A DNA stretch of 64,000 nucleotides from Octopus sinensis (taxonomy: Eukaryota), in contig NC_043002.1 in NCBI RefSeq assembly GCF_006345805.1, forward strand, positions 33,170,001 to 33,234,000, written 5' to 3'. The notes beneath the pieces were generated by a model. The model was not told where the DNA came from. It made no database searches and was given only the letters and a program-made list of their open reading frames with translations. The translations under genes were made by a program, and so were the position numbers. This document shows, one piece after another, positions 36,855-51,743 of this stretch; position 1 is the first letter of the stretch, and each line of letters begins with the position of its first letter.

Positions 36855-38660
36855 CATCATCATCATCGTTTAATGTCCGTTTTCCATGCTGACATGGGTT
36901 GGACAGTTCGACCAAGGTCTGGGAAGCCAGGAGGCTGCACCAGGCTCCAGTCTGATCTGAGAGAGTTTCTACAGCTGGATGCCCTTCCTAATGCCAACCA
37001 CTTCATGAGTGTAGTGGGCGCTTTTTATGTGCCACCAACACGGGTATCTTAACTACAATTTCCTCTTGATTTTTCTTTTGATGTTGGTGTTGACATACTT
37101 GACTCAATAGGTCTCCTCAAGAACAGCGGGTCACTCTACGATCCAGATTAGCACAGCAGGCTGTCCTGTGAACCATGAACTCACTTCATTTGTCAGGTCT
37201 TCGCAGTCACAGCATATCTCGGAGGTCTCGATCTTCGTCATTTCCTCTGTGAGGCCCAACGTGCCACCGGCACAGGTATCACAACTACAATATCCCTCTG
37301 ATTTTTATTTTGATGTTGATGTACTTGACACAATAGGTCTCCTCAAGCACAGTGTGTTGCCCTATCAACCAAGGTTAGCACAGCAGGCCATTCTGTGAGC
37401 CATGAACTCACTTCATTTGTCGGGTCTTCGAAGTCACAGTATTTCTCCAGAGATCTTGGTCTTTCTTCATAGCCTCTGTGAGGCCCAACATATGAAGGTC
37501 ATGCTTGACCACCTCATCTCATGTCTTCCTGGGTCTACCTCTACCCCAGATTCCTTCAACAATTTGGGAGAGCCACTTCTTCACACAGCTCTCCTCGTCC
37601 ATCCGTAGTACATGACCATACAAATGCAAACGTCTCTCCTGCACGCTGCATCCGATGCTTCTTATGTCCAACATTTCTCTCAGGGCGCTTACACTCTGTC
37701 ATGCATGGACACTGATATTACACATCCAGCAGATCATGCTAGCTTCGTTTCTTTCAAGCCTACGCATGTCCTCTACAGTCACAGCCCATGTTTCACTGCC
37801 ATGAAACATGGCTGTTCACACACATGCGTCGTACAATCTACCTTTTACTCTGAGAGAGAGACCCTTTGTCACCAGTAGGGGTAGAAGCTTTCTAAACATT
37901 GCCCAGGCTATTCTTATTCTAGTGGTAAAACTCTCTGAGCATCCACCTACACTACTAACTTGGTCACCTACATAGCAGAAACTATCAACTACTTCTAGTT
38001 TCTTCTCCTGGGGTATAATGGAATCTGTTTTCTGAGTATCAGTGGTGTCTATTGCCTCTGTGCATCTGCCGCACACAAAAGCTATCTTCTCGGTTAATTT
38101 TCCTTTGATGCTGCTGCACCTCTTATGCATCCATAGCTTACACTGTGTACATCATTTAGAGTTTCTACCTACACCTTTTCTACAGATCAAGCAGGGCTAC
38201 CTACCTGAGAGGTGTGTGATGAGTTCGCCTTCTGACTTACTTTAACTTTGGTCTTTGCTACATTGACTCTAAGGCCTTTTGATTCTAAACCTAGCTTCCA
38301 CATCCGAAATTTCTTTTCTAGTTCCGGTAGTGACTCTGCCATGAGGGCCAGGTCATCAGCATAGAAGAGCTCCCAGGAGCAACCTGTCTTGAATTCCTCT
38401 GTTATTGCCTGAATTCTTCCGTTATTACCTCAATTCCTCTGTTATTGCTTGAGGTATATATACACATACATCATCATCATCATCATCGTTTAACGTCCGC
38501 TTTCCATGCTAGCATGGGTTGGACGGTTCAACTGGGGTCTGGGGAGCCCGAAGGCTGCACCAGGCCAGTCAGATCTGGCAGTGTTTCTACAGCTGGATGC
38601 CCTTCCTAACGCCAACCACTCTGAGAGTGTAGTGGGTGATTTTATGTGCCACCGACACAG
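36855..38660 (-). mobile_element. Fragmented RTE LINE copies (RT and 3'UTR pieces)
   Basis: LLPLLVTKGLSLRVKGRLYDACV at 37816-38130. 3'UTR/(GAT)n ends at about 36855 and 38470 match 47200-47329. Confidence 0.8.
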
Positions 38661-39627
38661 GTGCCAATTAAGGTGCCAATTAAGAATTAAAACATCCACA
38701 ATTTAATTATGCTACAAAAATCTAATATGATTCTGGAAATGGTAGGTTGGGCATTTAATAAAATGCAAAATTCCAATGTAGTGGTGTCCTACAAACAAAT
38801 GTTTCAGGCATGTTCCAATGAAGAGCTTCACTGAAAATGTTAAACAATTTGTCTCTTCATAGAACACTAATGTACTTCAAAGTACTTAATGTACTTTACT
38901 CTGTTTTAAGATAGCTTAGCTGAATATTAACATTTTCTGTGTACCTCCTTTGCTATGGTAAGTGTCATAGTGTTAACCAAATGTGCAACCTAGGTTTCAT
39001 TCTTGATCATACAGTGGCTGGATGGTGAATTTGTAAAGTGTCAGACAAAATACCTACTGGTATTTTGCTATGTTTGTTTACATTCTCAATTTAAATCCCA
39101 CCCAAGCTCGCATTACTTTTCATCTAATAGCAACTGAACTATAAATTTTCTTAACAGCAAATGATCAACACAATCCAATTTTTCACATATGAATTTTCTC
39201 AATCCTTTCTTCCGAGAATTAGTTCCCTATCCACATGGTTCCAACAAATATCACTCTGCAGTAACCAGACTTCAGCTGCTTGAAATGGTTTTGGGTATCA
39301 TTCATATTTTTGAAATAAAAAGATCCAAGCTTCTCAGTTTTGTTCTGTTGAAGAATGACAAAAAACTATAATAACTAGTAGGATATTACTTTCAAATATT
39401 TCAAAATCATCAGGAAAATAAAGTCTTACATACATGTATGTATATATATGGATATGGATATATATACTTGTGTATATATATATATATATATATTATAGCC
39501 TCAGGCCAACCAAAGCCTTGTGAGTGGATTTCGTGTTTGTACCTCCACCATTGCTTAACAACTGATGTTGCTGTGCTTCTGTTCCCATAATTTAGCAGTT
39601 CAGCAAAAGACACTGATAGAATAAGTA

Positions 39628-40853
39628 TTAGGTTGTCAAGAAAGTTCTTATGGAATTTTTAATTTTGGTTTTAAATGATGTATTTTCAAATTAATTTTCG
39701 TTAAATTACTTTGACTATATATATCATTTTAAAGCCTGTTTTTCACCCTATGGAATCGTGTTACTCTTTTTCTTTTTGAATAATTAGGCCATTTTTCTGG
39801 AACGTTGATTACAACATGGACAAAAAGCAAATTCACACAATTTTCTTATTCTGGTTCAAGCTAGGCTGAAAAGCTGCTGAAACAGTTCACGATATCAACG
39901 ATGCGTGTGACCCAGGAACCACTAATGAACGTACAGCACAATGGTTGTTTAAGAAATTTCGTAGCCATGACGAGAGTCTTGAAGATGATAAGCATAGTGG
40001 TCAGTCATCGGATGTTGACAACGATCAACTAGGAGCCTTAGTCGAAGCCAATCTATTCACAACTGTTCGAGAGCTTGCTTCTGAATTACACATAATGTAT
40101 ATGACAACCACTTGAAAGAGATTAGGAAAACAAAAATACTTGAGAAATGGGTGCCGCATGAATTGAACAACAACCAAAAAACGCCGTTTTGAAGTGTCAT
40201 CTTCCCTTCTTTTAAGCAAGAATGACCCGTTTCTCAACCGGATTGTGACCTGTGATGAAAAGTGGATTCTTTACGAGAACCAGCAATGCTCAGCTCAGTG
40301 GTTGGATGCCAATTAAGCTTCACGGCACTTACCAAGGCCAAAGTTGCACCAAATGTCGCCGGTCTCATCCGTCACAGCTTTTTGGATCCAGACGAAACCA
40401 TTATGGCAGAGAGATACGGTCAGCAAATGGATGAAATGCATAAGAAACTCCGACAACAGCTGGCATTGGTCAATAGAAAAGGACCAACTCTTCTCCATGA
40501 AAATGCTCGGCTGCACGTCACACAACTAACCCTGCAGAAGTTGAACGAATTGGGCTACGAAACTCTGCCTCATCCGCCATACTCATCAAACCTCTCACCT
40601 ACCGACTATCACTTTTTCAAGCATCTCGACAACTTCCTGTGTGAGAAATGCTTCAAAAACCAAAATGATGCCAAACACGCCTTCAATGACTTCATTGCCA
40701 CCAGAACACAGGATTTTTATGCTACTGACATAAATAAACTTGTTTCGTGTTGGCAAAAGTGTGTTGATTCTGATGGTATTTATTCCGTTGAGCCGAGATA
40801 TGTGCATCTGAATTTAAAGGTTAAAAACCGCAAGAACTTTCTTGACAACCTAG
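39628..40853 (+). mobile_element. Near full-length (1226 bp) Hsmar1/cecropia-like mariner, inactivated; inserted into a SINE B
   Basis: TIRs ttaggttgtcaagaaagttctt / aagaactttcttgacaacctag, TA TSD. Translates as MDKKQIHTIFLFWFKLG*KAAETV..., VTCDEKW, LLHENARLH and HPPYSSNLSPTDYHFF. Confidence 0.92.
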
Positions 40854-41994
40854 TACTAGGCTTACAAAGAATAAATCCTGTGGTCAATTTGTTCGACCAA
40901 CAGCAGTGCTCCAGCATGGCTGCAGTCACATGACTGAAACAATAAAAAAAACTATACCATTTTAATTCCAAGCAAAGGCAGGTATCTCTGCTAGTATATA
41001 TATATATATACTATATATTATATATACAATGAATTTTTTAATCACAGTCATAGTTATATGTGCGTGTGTGTATATATATATATATATATATACATACACA
41101 TACACACACATAACTATGACTGTGTGATTAAAAAATTCGTTTCACAACTATATCACATGGTTTCAGGTTCAATCCACTGTGTAACACCTTGGACCTTCTA
41201 CCAGAGCCACAGGCTGATCAAAGCCTTGCAAGCAGGTTTGGTAGATAGAAACTGGAAGGAGCCCATCATATATATATATATGCATGTATGCATGTGTCTA
41301 TATATCTTTTACCTGTCTCAGGCATTAGGCTGCAGCTATGCTGGGGCACTTCAAGAATCACTGCTACAGCTGAGCAATATAAAAAATAAAACTGGAGCAA
41401 CATAAAATAAAGTGTCTCGCTCAAGAACACAACACACAGCCCAGTTTGGCAATTGAACTCACTACCTCATGACTGTGAGCCATGCACTTTCATCAGGTAT
41501 GAATACAATAAATGAAAAACAAGAATTGATGATTGGATGTAGTGAATGATGGATAAGGGGTAGAGAGTGTCCAATGATGCATGAGAATGAAGAGCAGTGG
41601 AATAGTAATGTAGATACAGTTGAGAGTGTGAGAATGAGAGATGATATGTGATGGGGTAGGTTGTCAGGGTTGATGGAGAGAGAAAGAGGCAGGCATAGTG
41701 CATGGAGAAACTGAGAGATATATAGTGGTGGGGTATCAAGTGAGACAGTTCCAGGCAGTAAGAAAGATAAGTGATATCAAAGAAAAGCTACAATTAGAAA
41801 GATGATTGGTTGTAGGGGTGTCTTGAGGAGAATATTGGGTGAAAGGAAACTGGTGCATATGTATACACACACACACTGCTTCTAGAGCTTAGTTTTTCTG
41901 ATATGGGCAGATCTTCTTGAAAACCACATATTACTGGTTGCTGGTCATTTCCTCCATAAGGGTCAAAATCCTGAGATTAGACTTCACCACTTCA

Positions 41995-42435
41995 TCCACT
42001 GTCTTCAAAACCACAGTCGAACCAATTCTACTATATGGCTCAGAAACCTGGATGTTATCAAAAAAGCTTGAGAGGCGGTTGAATGGAACTTACACTCGCA
42101 TCCTTATGAGAGCTCAAAATCTCTCGTGGAGGCATCATCCAACCAAAGTACAAATATATGGGAAACTACCACCTGTATCATCTCTTGTGAAAGGTAGGAG
42201 AGTCCAGTTCGCTGGACATTGTTGTAGAGCTGAAAACGAGGCAATTTCTACTCTTCTCCTCTGGAAGCCATCTACTCGCAATACCAGAGAGCACACACTC
42301 TCCTACCCTGATGTAATCTTGAGGGATACAGGCATCCAGCAACAGGACCTCCGTAGTGCTATGATGGACTGTGAAGTCTGGCGTAGCATAGTAAATTCCA
42401 TTATTTCGACCACGGTCAAACAATGATGATGATGA
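41995..42435 (+). mobile_element. 3' end of a second RTE-group LINE family
   Basis: FKTTVEPILLYGSETW...RRVQFAGHCCR...LLLWKP followed by a (GAT)n tail. Confidence 0.8.
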
Positions 42436-42499
42436 CTGTCTTCTCTTTTCCACAAACTCCATCCACCTACAGGGATCAGCATTTCTTTATGCAACTTAC

Positions 42500-43240
42500 A
42501 TATTGCATGTCCTTATCAGTAAAGTCTTCTTTTATTTGCATAATGTATCTGATTCTTTTGTGCTCAGTTTTTCTCTCTCTCAGCACATTTGTATTGTCAT
42601 TCATGGACACTTACATTGCACATCCAATAGAGCATGCTTACTTTTATTTATTTCCAGTCTTCTAAAGTCCTCTGCATTCAATATCCATATTTCACTACCA
42701 TACAGCATCACAGTTCAAACACAAGTCTCATACAACCTACCCTTCACTCTGTTGCAAGCAGCAGTAGTAGTTCTCTTAACTTTCTCTAACTCATTCTTAC
42801 ACAAGCTACTATACTTTCAGAGCAACTAGCTCCCCTACTAACTACATTTCTAGGTAACAAAAGCTATCAACTATTTCTAGTTAGCCATCCAGGTATTCAA
42901 GAGAATCTACTTCTACTATGTTCATAGCACATACCACTCCAGTGCATGTACCACATACTAAGCTTACATTCTCTGTTAGTCTGCCTGTGATTCCACTACA
43001 CCTCTGGTCTGTTCATAGTTTACAATGAGAACACATAGAGTTTACATCTACTCCTTTTCTGCATACTGAACAAAGCTATTTCCCTGAAGATACTAGGGTC
43101 CAGTCTTCTTGCCTTTTCACTAAAATCTTCTTTGCTAAGTTTACCTTAAAATCTCTGTCTGGCATTTGCTCTCTGGATTCCATTACGAGAACAAGATCAT
43201 CAGCACATAGGAGTCCCCATGGACGGCCAGTTTTAAGGAA
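42500..43240 (-). mobile_element. Degraded RTE RT fragment
   Basis: Minus strand gives RVKGRLYETCV*TVMLYGSEIWILNAEDFRRLE. Confidence 0.7.
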
Positions 43241-44247
43241 CTATATGAAGGCTTATAGGACTATGTAAGCATGTGGTTTAATTGTTCCTACCTACAAGCT
43301 TCAGCCACAGGATATCTCATTATTTATCAACAGGTTTCACCACTTCCAATTGTATGGTTCTCTTGAGCTGTGTAAACCAGCTCTGGTACTACATATCTTT
43401 CTCTCTCTTTGACATTTTTTTTTTTACAGTAACCAACTATGCAACATCTATTTTGATTTATAACAGTCTAGATCTATTAGATTTCTCTACGATATCTATA
43501 ACCCAGCATTCTCTGCAGTTAATTGCTCATTGTTCTGCTAACTTTCTGAAATCCAACAAAAGCTGGAAAAAAAAAACAACAAAAAAAAACAAAACAGATT
43601 TCCCTATAATATTTATAAGGTCCCGTCTCCATTGGAAGAAGTGTAAACTGTTGCTACTCTTCAAGCCTCACACATTTTGTTCAGGCCAATGTTTTTGCTT
43701 TGTGTCTATTCTATATCATAAGAACTATTAACTCAAAGCAAATTCACGTAGTTGTTAATACATATACACATGGTTATTAGCACATACTGAAACACAGGTA
43801 TGCAACACACACACACATAAATGTAAGTGCTTGCATATATTAAAACAGCAGTTATGTTGTAAATACAGCATGAATTTAATACTGTAATTAAATTAAACTT
43901 ATGATCACAGGGTGCACTGGAAACCAGAGATATTATAGGTAAGAAATAAACAGACAGCTGTTTACAAAATACTGACATATTTTTATGAGATAAAGATATG
44001 GTATAACATTTTGACAGAAATAAAAACATATATGACAATATCTTTTATAAGTCATTGCAAGTTAATGTTTTATATAAATGTATTGCGAATGTGGAATTAA
44101 CAAATAATCTGTGACACGTTCACATTAAATAGCTATTCCTTCGGTTACATATTTCAAACATTCTTCTACTAATTGGAGGGAATATCAACAATAATAACAG
44201 CAATAATGAGTGTACAAAGTGACTAAAAAAAAACATTTAAGAAGGCA

Positions 44248-44985
<738 letters not shown>

Positions 44986-45014
44986 TTACACCGGCTACAT
45001 GGACACATCACCAG

Positions 45015-45030
45015 TACACGGAAGTAACAA
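45015..45030 (-). promoter_or_regulatory. ETS-type motif (ACTTCCG) about 43 nt upstream of the DPM1 ATG
   Basis: cggaagt at 45019-45025. This position is typical of housekeeping promoters; function is inferred. Confidence 0.4.
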
Positions 45031-45781
45031 ACTATGTATCTACTTCTCAATATTTGACATTAAATTATTTACTAATGCTACTAAAATTTAAATAAAATAG
45101 CATATAACCTTTTAACCAGTTAAATAAGTTTAATTTATTTCGAATAATAATTTTATTTAAACGCCAGAAAGAAATTGTTATCAATAAAGTAGTCTCCCTT
45201 GGATTAAATATATTTCGGTAACTTAGCGTTGAGACACCGGATTAGTATCTGTTGCATGTCTATGTAATTTGTTACAATATTAAATATATAATTAAATACA
45301 CATGTAATTAATCAGACATTTACAGTGAGCAGAGAGAAAGATTAAAAAAAAAAATAAGTAGAATACAAGATTTGCGGATGGGTTGATACACAGATTAGCT
45401 CATTATCATATTACTGTAGATAAATAAATAGATTGGTAGGCAATTAGGGAGAGAAGAGTAGACCCATCAAATAAATCAATAAACTTGTAAATATATAAAT
45501 AGATATTCTTAAGACTGTTTCTTTTCTCCGTTTTTTAAAAATTTAAAATGAAAACATTCAGCTACATAATACTATTACTGTTATTTGTTTGTAACATTCA
45601 TTATTGAATATTTTCATGTTATATGATAACATTGGCAGTCTCTTTGGAAAACAACACGGTCAATTGAAAAACCATTACTCACACTCACGACAACAACAAC
45701 ATTTTCACAGACACATATATGTTTTTATATGTATATGTGAACACGTATGCATGCTTATATATGTGTGTGTGTAAGAGAGAG

Positions 45782-45852
<71 letters not shown>

Positions 45853-46176
45853 GTAATAATATCAATAATCCTTGGATGAAATTCATGAATATTTTAATGC
45901 AAAAAACTGGTTCACTTGTCTACATCATTAGACTGTAGCCGGCATAATGGAATACGAGCTTTATTTGCATATTCAAAACGTTTCCCGTAAACAAATTATA
46001 TATATATATATAATATATATATAGCAGTTCAGCAAAAATGACTAATAGAATAAGAACCAAGCTTGCAAAGAATAAGTCCTGGGGGCGATTTCTTCATATG
46101 ACTGAAACAAATAAAAGAATAAGAGAATACAAGTCTATATATATATATATACACACAGACATACTCACACTCACAC

Positions 46177-46221
<45 letters not shown>

Positions 46222-46239
46222 AATAGCCTGGGCAAAGTT

Positions 46240-47329
46240 CAGAGAGCTCTTACCTCTGCTGGTGACAAAAGGCCTCTCGCTCAGAGTAAAAGGCAGACTG
46301 TATGACGCATGTGTGCAAACAGCCATGCTACATGGCAGTGAAACATGGGCTGTGACTGCTGAGGATATGCGTAAGCTCGCAAGAAATGAAGCCAGTATGC
46401 TCCGTTGGACGTGTAATGTCAGTGTTCATACCCAACAGAGTGTAAGTGTCTTGAGAGAAAAGTTGGACCTAAGAAGCATCAGATGTGGTGTGCAAGAGAA
46501 GCGTCTACGCTGGTATGGACACGTAGTAAGAATGGATGAAGATAGTTGTGCGAAAAAGTTCCACACCCTAGCGGTTGATGGAACCTGTGGAAGAGGTAGA
46601 CCCAGGAAAACCTGGGATGAGGTGGTGAAGAACGACCTTCGCGCTTTAGGTCTCACCGAGGAAATGAGCAGAGATCGAGACCTTTGGAAGTATGCTGTGC
46701 GCGAGAAGACCCGGCAGGACATGTGAGGCCATAACCTATGGCCCCTACCTGGGACGTAGTCAGTCCACCTGTGCATACCTTCCTTCTTGGGACACATAAC
46801 TCTACTTGTGAAGACCTGTTGAGGCAAGTGAAAATCAAATCAAATCAAAATCGATGAACATCAATGGAATTTGTATTTTTGTGGTACCAGTGCCGGTGGC
46901 ACATAAGAAAACCATCCGAACATGGCCGTAGCCAGTACTGCATCGACTGGCCTCCGTGCTGTGGGCACGTAACAAACACCATCCAATCGTGGCCGTGCCA
47001 GCCTTGCCTCCGTGCCGGTGGCACGTAAAAAACACCATCCGAGCATGGCCGTTCGCCAGCCTTGTCTGGCACCTGTGTCAGTGGCTCAAAAAAACACCAT
47101 CTGAGCGTGGCCGTTCGCCAGCCTTGTCTGGCACCTGTGTCGGTGGCATATAAAAAGCACCCACTACACTCACGGAGTGGTTGGCATTAGGAAGGGCATC
47201 CAGCTGTAGAAACTCTGCCAGATCTGACTGGCCTGGTGCAGCCTTCGGGCTTCCCAGACCCCAGTTGAACCGTCCAACCCATGCTAGCATGGAAAGCAGA
47301 CGTTAAACGACGATGATGATGATGATGAT
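46240..47329 (+). mobile_element. 5'-truncated RTE LINE: RT C-terminus (46262-46726), 3'UTR with tandem units, (GAT)n tail
   Basis: KGLSLRVKGRLYDACVQTAMLHGSETW...RLRWYGHVVRM...GRGRPRKTW. The 5' junction abuts (TA)n-flanked SINE sequence. Confidence 0.9.
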
Positions 47330-47348
47330 GTGTGTGTGTGTGTGTGTA

Positions 47349-47546
47349 TGGTACTATTTAAGAAGAGTGGTCCCGGTGCGTGTACTCACGCATCCGCGCT
47401 AGCTAGTCGTGACTAGTCGATCCTTACTTTGTATTTTTTAGTTTTATTTACTTTGCTAGGTAGTCGTTGTAGGATCGACTAGTCACAACTAGCTAGCGCG
47501 AGTACGTGAGTATGCACACCAGGACCACTCTTCTTAAATAGTACCA
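47349..47546. mobile_element. ~200-bp MITE with ~75-bp TIRs
   Basis: tggtactatttaagaagagtggtcc... / ...ggaccactcttcttaaatagtacca, TA on both sides. Confidence 0.85.
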
Positions 47547-48439
47547 TATATATACACACACACACACACATATATATATATTATGTAAAACAGTTTGATT
47601 CGGTTCCAAGCTACTTCAAGTTTCGCAGGCCCCTAACGATAGCCTGACTCCGTATAGATTTCTCTCTCTCTCTCTCCCTCATACACACACGCAATTGATA
47701 CTAAATTCATTAACAGAAGAAATACAATCAGCAAAGATGTGTGCTGGAGCACTAAATTTTATTTCTGTTGTGTCCGGGGAGAGTCATTTTTGTTGTTATG
47801 CCAATAAGACGCGAATAAAGAACTGTCAGTTACACAAAGTAGTCAACAAATAGCCTGTTTCTGCGAAGTTTGTTATTGAATATATTGTACTGCAGCAGTG
47901 AAATTTAGCTGCTGTATCTGCCACACTCAATAACTTATTGGAAGATAAAATAAATACTGGGAATGGGGGAAGCGAGATTATTTACTTCGAGTTATTGAAT
48001 GACTGTTATAAACCAAAATATTCAACTATTAACGTATTTGGCTTTCAGCATTTGTATCATACACGTGCTCACATACACACACACACAAACACACACATAA
48101 AGAGAGAGAAAGGGAGAGACATTTTTTCTAGAGAAATCACTTGCTAGAAAAGCTATAGGCCTAGGGTCTGGAGAAACGCTCTAAAGATAAGCCCTTTATG
48201 GACGTGAAACCCAAGGGAACTCTGTAGACTGGCCATATCTATCTTTATCTATATATTCTACTGCTCTATAACTTAGAGTGTGCGCTTCTTTTTCGGATTT
48301 ATGATTTAGTGACGATCGATGTGTATATATATATATATATATATCCTCCTTCTTCCATTTTCCTGAGCGCCTAATAATAATAATACTGTAATTGTTCCAC
48401 GTGTTGTTGTTTTTTCTGTTTTCCCGTTTGGATTAACCT

Positions 48440-48471
<32 letters not shown>

Positions 48472-48540
48472 ATATTATATATATATATGTGTATGTGTGG
48501 TGTATATATGTATGTGTATATATATACATATATATATGTG

Positions 48541-48644
<104 letters not shown>

Positions 48645-49376
48645 TATATATATAAATTTAAAATAATAAGGGTGAAAATTTGAATATTAATTTGATTAAT
48701 ATCAATTTAAAACCAGTGGTCTAGCATATTGAAAAATTTGAAGATTCAGAAAAAATTATATTATATATATATATAACGTTAAATGATGATGATGATGATG
48801 ATGAAGACACTAAAATAGGAATCAACCAATAAATATGGACAGACAATATGAAGGTAGTAAGTAGACAGATAGACAAATAACTAGATAGAGAGACAGATTG
48901 ATAGAGCCAGACAAATAGGCAGGGAAACAGAGAGAGAAAGAGGTTGAAGTATAGATATGCTTTATTGTGAAGTAAAATATTGATTTCAGATTTTGGCACA
49001 ATTTCAGGGCAGGTAGTAAATCGATTAAAACGACCCCACTGCTCAACAGGCACTTATATTATCGACCTCGAAAGGATGAAAGGCAAAGTCACCCTCGGCG
49101 GAATTGGAACTCAGAACATAAAGCCGGACGAAATGCCTTCAAGCATTTTTCCCGGCGAACTAACGAGTCTGTCAGGTAAGTTATGAGACAGTAAGAGACA
49201 GGTACACAAACAAATAGACAAGTTTTTAAAAATCAATACACTATTAGGGAAAAATGTATCTAGTTAAGCTGGATTATGTGTACAGATTTATAATTATATT
49301 TAACAGTATAGACTCTAAGGCCGAACTAGCTAGGTAAATAGGTTTGTTGATAAACAGGTGTATATATATATATATT

Positions 49377-49785
49377 CTCTTTTACTTGTTTCAGTCATTT
49401 GACTGTGGCCATGCTGGAGCACCGCCTTTAGTCGAGCAAATCAACACCAGAACTTATTCTTTGTAAGCCTAGTACTTATTCTATCGGTCTGTTTTGCCGA
49501 ACTGCTAAGTTACGGGGACATAAGTACACCAGCATCGATTGTCAAGTGATGTTGGGAGGACAAACACAGACACACAAACATATACACACACATACATATA
49601 TATATATATGTATACATATATACGACGGGCTTCTTTCAGTTTCCGTCTACCAAATCCACTAACAAGGCTTTGGTCAGTCCGAGGCTATACTAGAAGACAC
49701 TTGCCCAAGTTGCCACACAGTGGGACTGAACCCGGAACCATGTGGTTGATAAGCAAGCTACTTACCACACAACCACTCCTGCACC
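49377..49785 (-). mobile_element. Full-length SINE family B
   Basis: Colinear with 26388-26778. Confidence 0.85.
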
Positions 49786-49825
<40 letters not shown>

Positions 49826-49974
49826 TCACAACGACCTCGAACCCACAAGAGTAAACAAGAGAGACAGAAACAAACAGAAATAAGGAAAATGCCCCTTGTA
49901 TTTGAACACTATACAAATATTCTTTAAAAAAAACTTTTCTTTTAAATTTTTCCAAAATTTTATTGTTTTCCATT

Positions 49975-50017
49975 CTTATAGTTGAAAAAGTCTCAGTGAC
50001 TGAAACCGGTACTAAAA
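49975..50017 (+). ncRNA. Candidate minimal type-I hammerhead ribozyme with U3-A8 core (UUGAAAA)
   Basis: UUAUAG-UUGAAAA-AGUC-UCAGU-GACU-GAAA-CCGG-UA-CUAAAA. Stem I is UAG/CUA with extension, stem II is AGUC/GACU, stem III is the palindrome ACCGGU, predicted cleavage after GUA (50011). Confidence 0.65.
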
Positions 50018-50139
50018 TGTTTTTTATAAAATTATTTTAGCATTTTTTAGCTTGCCCCTTTTATTTTTTCCATACACACACACTCACACACACAGATAGA
50101 TAGATAGATAGATAGATAGATGGATAGATAGATATAAGA

Positions 50140-50207
<68 letters not shown>

Positions 50208-50501
50208 TACAGCACTTGAGCACTGTATACAATTTCAATTATTATTAATTTGTAATATATGTATATATTTATGTGTGTGTCTTTGTGACTGTGTTTGACC
50301 CCCCCCCCACACACACACACCATCACTTAAAACCAATGTTGATGTGCTTACGTTCCTGCAACTTAGCAGTTCAGCAAAAATAACTAATAGAATAAGTACC
50401 AAGCTTGCAAAGAATAAGTACTGGGGGCGATTTCTTCAACTAAAAAAGACGGTGCTCCAGCATGGCCATAGTCAAATGACTGAAACAAATAAAAGAATAA
50501 A

Positions 50502-50541
<40 letters not shown>

Positions 50542-50985
50542 TATATATATATATACACACACACTCACACGTATATATATATAGATATATATATATATAT
50601 ACACAGGCATACACTCACACTCACACGTATATATATATATATATATATATATATGTAATATATAAATATATGCATATATACATATATATATGTACATACC
50701 TACATATATATACACGCATATATGGGTACAGGACATCAAAAAAACGTTCCCACAAAGGCAAATGCACTCAAACACATACATATGCATGCACACACAAACA
50801 GGCACACACACACACAATAGACAGATAGATAGATAGATAGCAATATTTTAGGTTTTCCTATGTTAACTCCCCTGAACAAGGGAAATAACCTTTGTTTATA
50901 GACGACTAAGAAAAGCAGCAGCGTTTATTCTGGTTAGTTCCTTCGTATCACCACTCTGAACTATATCGTGCCCTGCTGCAGCTGC

Positions 50986-51018
<33 letters not shown>

Positions 51019-51507
51019 TGGTAGTGGTGGTGGTGGTGGTGGCGGTGGTAGTAGCAGTAGTATTAATATAACTCCCTGACAGCTTGTTTGAGTGAACCTT
51101 TCTTCAAAGTCGCTCCGTCCGTGACTTTCCCACCTTTTATTCATGACCACATTACATAATTTGCCCTTCGTCTTTTTATCCGATAGAGCGTGATTTGAGG
51201 GTCATTTGGCTCCACAAGTTTGAACAGCCGCTTAACGTTTCGCTCACACTGGTTCCTGTCCAGTTGAATTACGACGAGACGTTCCAACTGTAGCCATCCC
51301 ATCTTTCTAGAGGTACATAGGTCTATGTTCCTTTATGTACTCTACTTAAGACGTTAGTGTTTGATTTAGGAAAATTAATACTTTTTTTATAGGGCTATAG
51401 GCACATAGATTCAGTTTCAGCCCCACTCTGAGGCACCTTGGACAAGTGTCTTCTACAATAACCCTGGGCTGATCAAGGCGCTTGTAAGTGAGCTAGGTAG
51501 ACAGAAA

Positions 51508-51743
51508 GGCGGCGAGCTGGCAGAAACGTTAGCACGCCGGGCGAAATGCTTAGCAGTATTTCGTCTGCCGTTACGTTCTGAGTTCAAATTCCGCCGAGGT
51601 CGACTTTGCCTTTCATCCTTTCGGGGTCGATAAATTAAGTACCAGTTACGCATTGGGGTCGATGTAATCGACTTAATCCGTTTGTCTGTCCTTGTTTGTC
51701 CCCTCTATGTTTAGCTCTTTGTGGGCAATAAAGAAATAAGAAA
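51508..51743 (+). mobile_element. Full-length tRNA-derived SINE family A
   Basis: ggcggcgagctggcagaa...gagttcaaattcc (A/B boxes), central gtcgactttgcctttcatcctttcggggtcgataaattaagtacc and an aataaagaaataag tail. Confidence 0.88.

Noticed and set aside
48720-48770. Further UUGAAAA...GAAA motif in a TA-flanked remnant
   Set aside because: Stem II does not pair convincingly; too decayed to call from one copy.
51508-51580. tRNA genes
   Set aside because: The A/B-box sequences are SINE heads that continue into SINE bodies and do not form full cloverleaves.
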